Assembly: GCA_002189035.1 (NCBI GenBank)
Contig: NEEC01000012.1
Coordinates: 3,286,001-3,350,000, forward strand
DNA length: 64,000 nucleotides
Direction of reading: 5' to 3'
From: Utricularia gibba
Lineage: Eukaryota > Plantae > Magnoliophyta
The stretch's first letter is position 1. Each line of letters starts with the position of its first letter. Shown piece after piece: positions 61,701 through 64,000 of the stretch. The notes under the pieces were generated by a model. The model searched no databases and was not told the DNA's origin. It saw nothing but the letters and a program-made list of their open reading frames with translations. The position numbers and the translations under genes are program-made.

Positions 61701-64000
61701 GTGATGAGTCACGCTGCGCCCGGCATACCGTTTCGAACCCTTTCCGTGCCGGTCAGCTTCCGTGTTGAAAGCTTCTTCGTCCGAGGATGCATCAGAGCTC
61801 GAATTATCGCCTTATCTTAGCCTTCAGATGTGCCACAAATTGGCCACCACGTTCGCGACGATGCGACTCGGAACACGAGAATCGACGCGATTGTGATTTT
61901 CGCCTTGCAAAACATCTGCGTTTTATTGGGTGACGTGAAGTATGGGTTTTCGAGGCGATCTCTGAACAAGCTCTGGGTGTGTTCCTACCCGCAGCCTCAT
62001 GGTGGCCTCGCACACCGTTCGGTATTCGTCGATATCTGAAAACGATGAGTCACGCTGCCCGGCATACCGTTTCGAACCCCTTTCCGTGCCGGTCAGCTTC
62101 CGTGTTGAAAGCATCTTCGTCCGAGGATGCATCAGAGCTCGAATTATCGCCTTATATTAGCCTTCAGATGTGCCACAAATTGGCCACCACGTTCGCGACG
62201 ATGCGACTCGGAACACGAGAATCGACGCGATTGTGATTTTCGCCTTGCAAAACATCTGCGTTTTATTGGGTGACGTGAAGTATGGGTTTTCGAGGCGATC
62301 TCTGAACAAGCTCTGGGTGTGTCCCTACCCGCAGCCTCATGGTGGCCTCGCACACCGTTCGGTATTTTCGATATCTGAAATGATGAGTCACGCTGCGCCG
62401 GCATACCGTTTCGAACCCCTTTCCGTGCCGGTCAGCTTCCGTGTTGAAAGCTTCTTCGTCCGAGGATGCATCAGAGCTCGAATTATCGCCTTATATTAGC
62501 CTTCAGATGTGCCACAAATTGGCCACCACGTTCGCGACGATGCGACTCGGAACACGAGAATCGACGCGATTGTGATTTTCGCCTTGCAAAACATCTGCGT
62601 TTTATTGGGTGACGTGAAGTATGGGTTTTCGAGGCGATCTCTGAACAAGCTCTGGTGTGTTCCTACCCGCAGCCTCATGGTGGCCTCGCACACCGTTCGG
62701 CATTCGTCGATATCTGAAAACGATGAGTCACGCTGCGCCGGCATACCGTTTCGAACCCTTTCCGTGCCGGTCAGCTTCCGTGTTGAAAGCATCTTCGTCC
62801 GAGGATGCATCAGAGCTCGAATTATCGCCTTATATTAGCCTTCAGATGTGCCACAAATTGGCCACCACGTTCGCGACGATGCGACTCGGAACACGAGAAT
62901 CGACGCGATTGTGATTTTCGCCTTGCAAAACATCTGCGTTTTATTGGTGACGTGAAGTATGGGTTTTCGAGGCGATCTCTGAACAAGCTCTGGGTGTGTT
63001 CCTACCGCAGCCTCATGGTGGCCTCGCACACCGTTCGGCATCCATATCTGAAATGATGAGTCACGCTGCGCCGGCATACCGTTTCGAACCCCTTTCCGTG
63101 CCGGTCAGCTTCCGTGTTGAAAGTTCGTCCGAGGATGCATCAGAGCTCGAATTATCGCCTTATATTAGCCTTCAGATGTGCCACAAATTGGCCACCACGT
63201 TCGCGACGATGCGACTCGGAACACGAGAATCGACGCGATTGTGATTTTCGGCTTGCAAAACATCTGCGTTTTATTGGATGACGTGAAGTATGGGTTTTCG
63301 AGGCGATCTCTGAACAAGCTCTGGGTGTGTCCCTACCCGCAGCCTCATGGTGGCCTCGCACACCGTTCGGTATTTCGGCGATATCCTGAAAACCGTGATG
63401 AGTCACGCTGCGCCGGCATACCGTTTCGAACCCCTTTCCGTGCCGGTCAGCTTCCGTGTTGAAAGCATCTTCGTCCGAGGATGCATCAGAGCTCGAATTA
63501 TCGCCTTATATTAGCCTTCAGATGTGCCACAAATTGGCCACCACGTTCGCGACGATGCGACTCGGAACACGAGAATCGACGCGATTGTGATTTTCGCTTG
63601 CAAAACATCTGCGTTTTATGGTGACGTGAAGTATGGGTTTTCGAGGCGATCTCTGAACAAGCTCTGGGTGTGTCCCTACCCGCAGCCTCATGGTGGCCTC
63701 GCACACCGTTCGGGTCGATATCCTGAAACCGTGATGAGTCACGCTGCGCCGGCATACCGTTTCGAACCCCTTTCCGTGCCGGTCAGCTTCCGTGTTGAAA
63801 GCATCTTCGTCCGAGGATGCATCAGAGCTCGAATTATCGCCTTATATTAGCCTTCAGATGTGCCACAAATTGGCCACCACGTTCGCGACGATGCGACTCG
63901 GAACACGAGAATCGACGCGATTGTGATTTTCGGCTTGCAAAACATCTGCGTTTTATTGGATGACGTGAAGTATGGGTTTTCGAGGCGATCTCTGAACAAG
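4743..64000 (+). repeat. Large head-to-tail tandem satellite array, monomer ~346-347 bp, ~170 copies, continuing beyond the window; putatively centromeric/pericentromeric or other heterochromatic satellite
   Basis: The landmark gatgtgccacaaattggccaccacgttcgcgacgatgcgactcgg recurs every 346-347 bp in the proximal part (5739, 6086, 6432, 6779; 12309, 12655, 13001) and every ~340-346 bp distally. All monomers have the same orientation and there are no unique spacers. Each typical monomer has one SacI (gagctc) and one NsiI (atgcat) site. Chromosomal function cannot be shown from sequence alone. Confidence 0.97.

Noticed and set aside
4596-64000. Hundreds of 60-220-aa ORFs on both strands (MPQIGHHVRDD..., MHQSSNYRL..., MHPRTKKLST...)
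   Set aside because: They are translations of the satellite monomer in shifting frames. They have no domain motifs, frames are broken by random indels, and many start at GTG/TTG. GC-rich repeats are naturally stop-poor.
4743-64000. CRISPR-like array
   Set aside because: Units are ~347-bp head-to-tail copies with no unique spacers, there are no cas genes, and the context is eukaryotic with spliced genes.
4743-64000. 5S rDNA array or 5S-derived repeat (ggatgcatcagagctc, tgggtgac and cgtgttg resemble short parts of plant 5S rRNA)
   Set aside because: The matches are only 8-15 nt, in the wrong order and spacing for the 120-nt 5S gene, and there is no oligo-T terminator after a conserved gene body. 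An Rfam search would settle it.
1-64000. Telomere repeats, LTR/TIR ends or transposase/RT ORFs; species assignment
   Set aside because: I saw no TTTAGGG tracts, TG..CA LTR pairs, CACTA termini or TE protein motifs. The short introns suggest a compact genome, but the species cannot be named from this sequence without a search.

Overview
This is plant (angiosperm) nuclear DNA at a sharp boundary between genes and satellite repeat. The first ~4.6 kb is very compact genic sequence. It holds the last three exons of a + strand coiled-coil gene resembling the At3g49055 family, and a convergent - strand four-exon TBL13-type polysaccharide O-acetyltransferase gene with a 1-bp frameshift in a G homopolymer and a 293-bp tandem duplication in intron 1. 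It also holds an unidentified chain of exon-like blocks, and the 3' half of a PHL7-like MYB-CC transcription factor pseudogene with four in-frame stops, two of them CAG->TAG. Only 11 nt into the intron upstream of that remnant, the sequence becomes a CpG-rich ~347-bp tandem satellite. It opens with a ~110-bp inverted monomer fragment, then runs head-to-tail for ~170 monomers to the end of the window. The array is layered: decayed old monomers at the edge, a ~19-monomer (~6.5 kb) higher-order repeat at ~13-33 kb, and a different, more homogeneous subfamily after ~33-40 kb. The hundreds of ORFs listed beyond 4.6 kb are satellite translations, not genes. Scattered 1-bp indels and locally scrambled monomers beyond ~15 kb suggest imperfect long-read consensus, so fine structure there needs read-level checking. 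I found no CRISPR, rRNA/tRNA genes or recognisable transposon ORFs. I see no convincing novel multi-gene system; the most notable feature is a transcription factor gene apparently cut by, and silenced next to, a satellite array. Protein identities come from my recollection of family motifs, not database searches.
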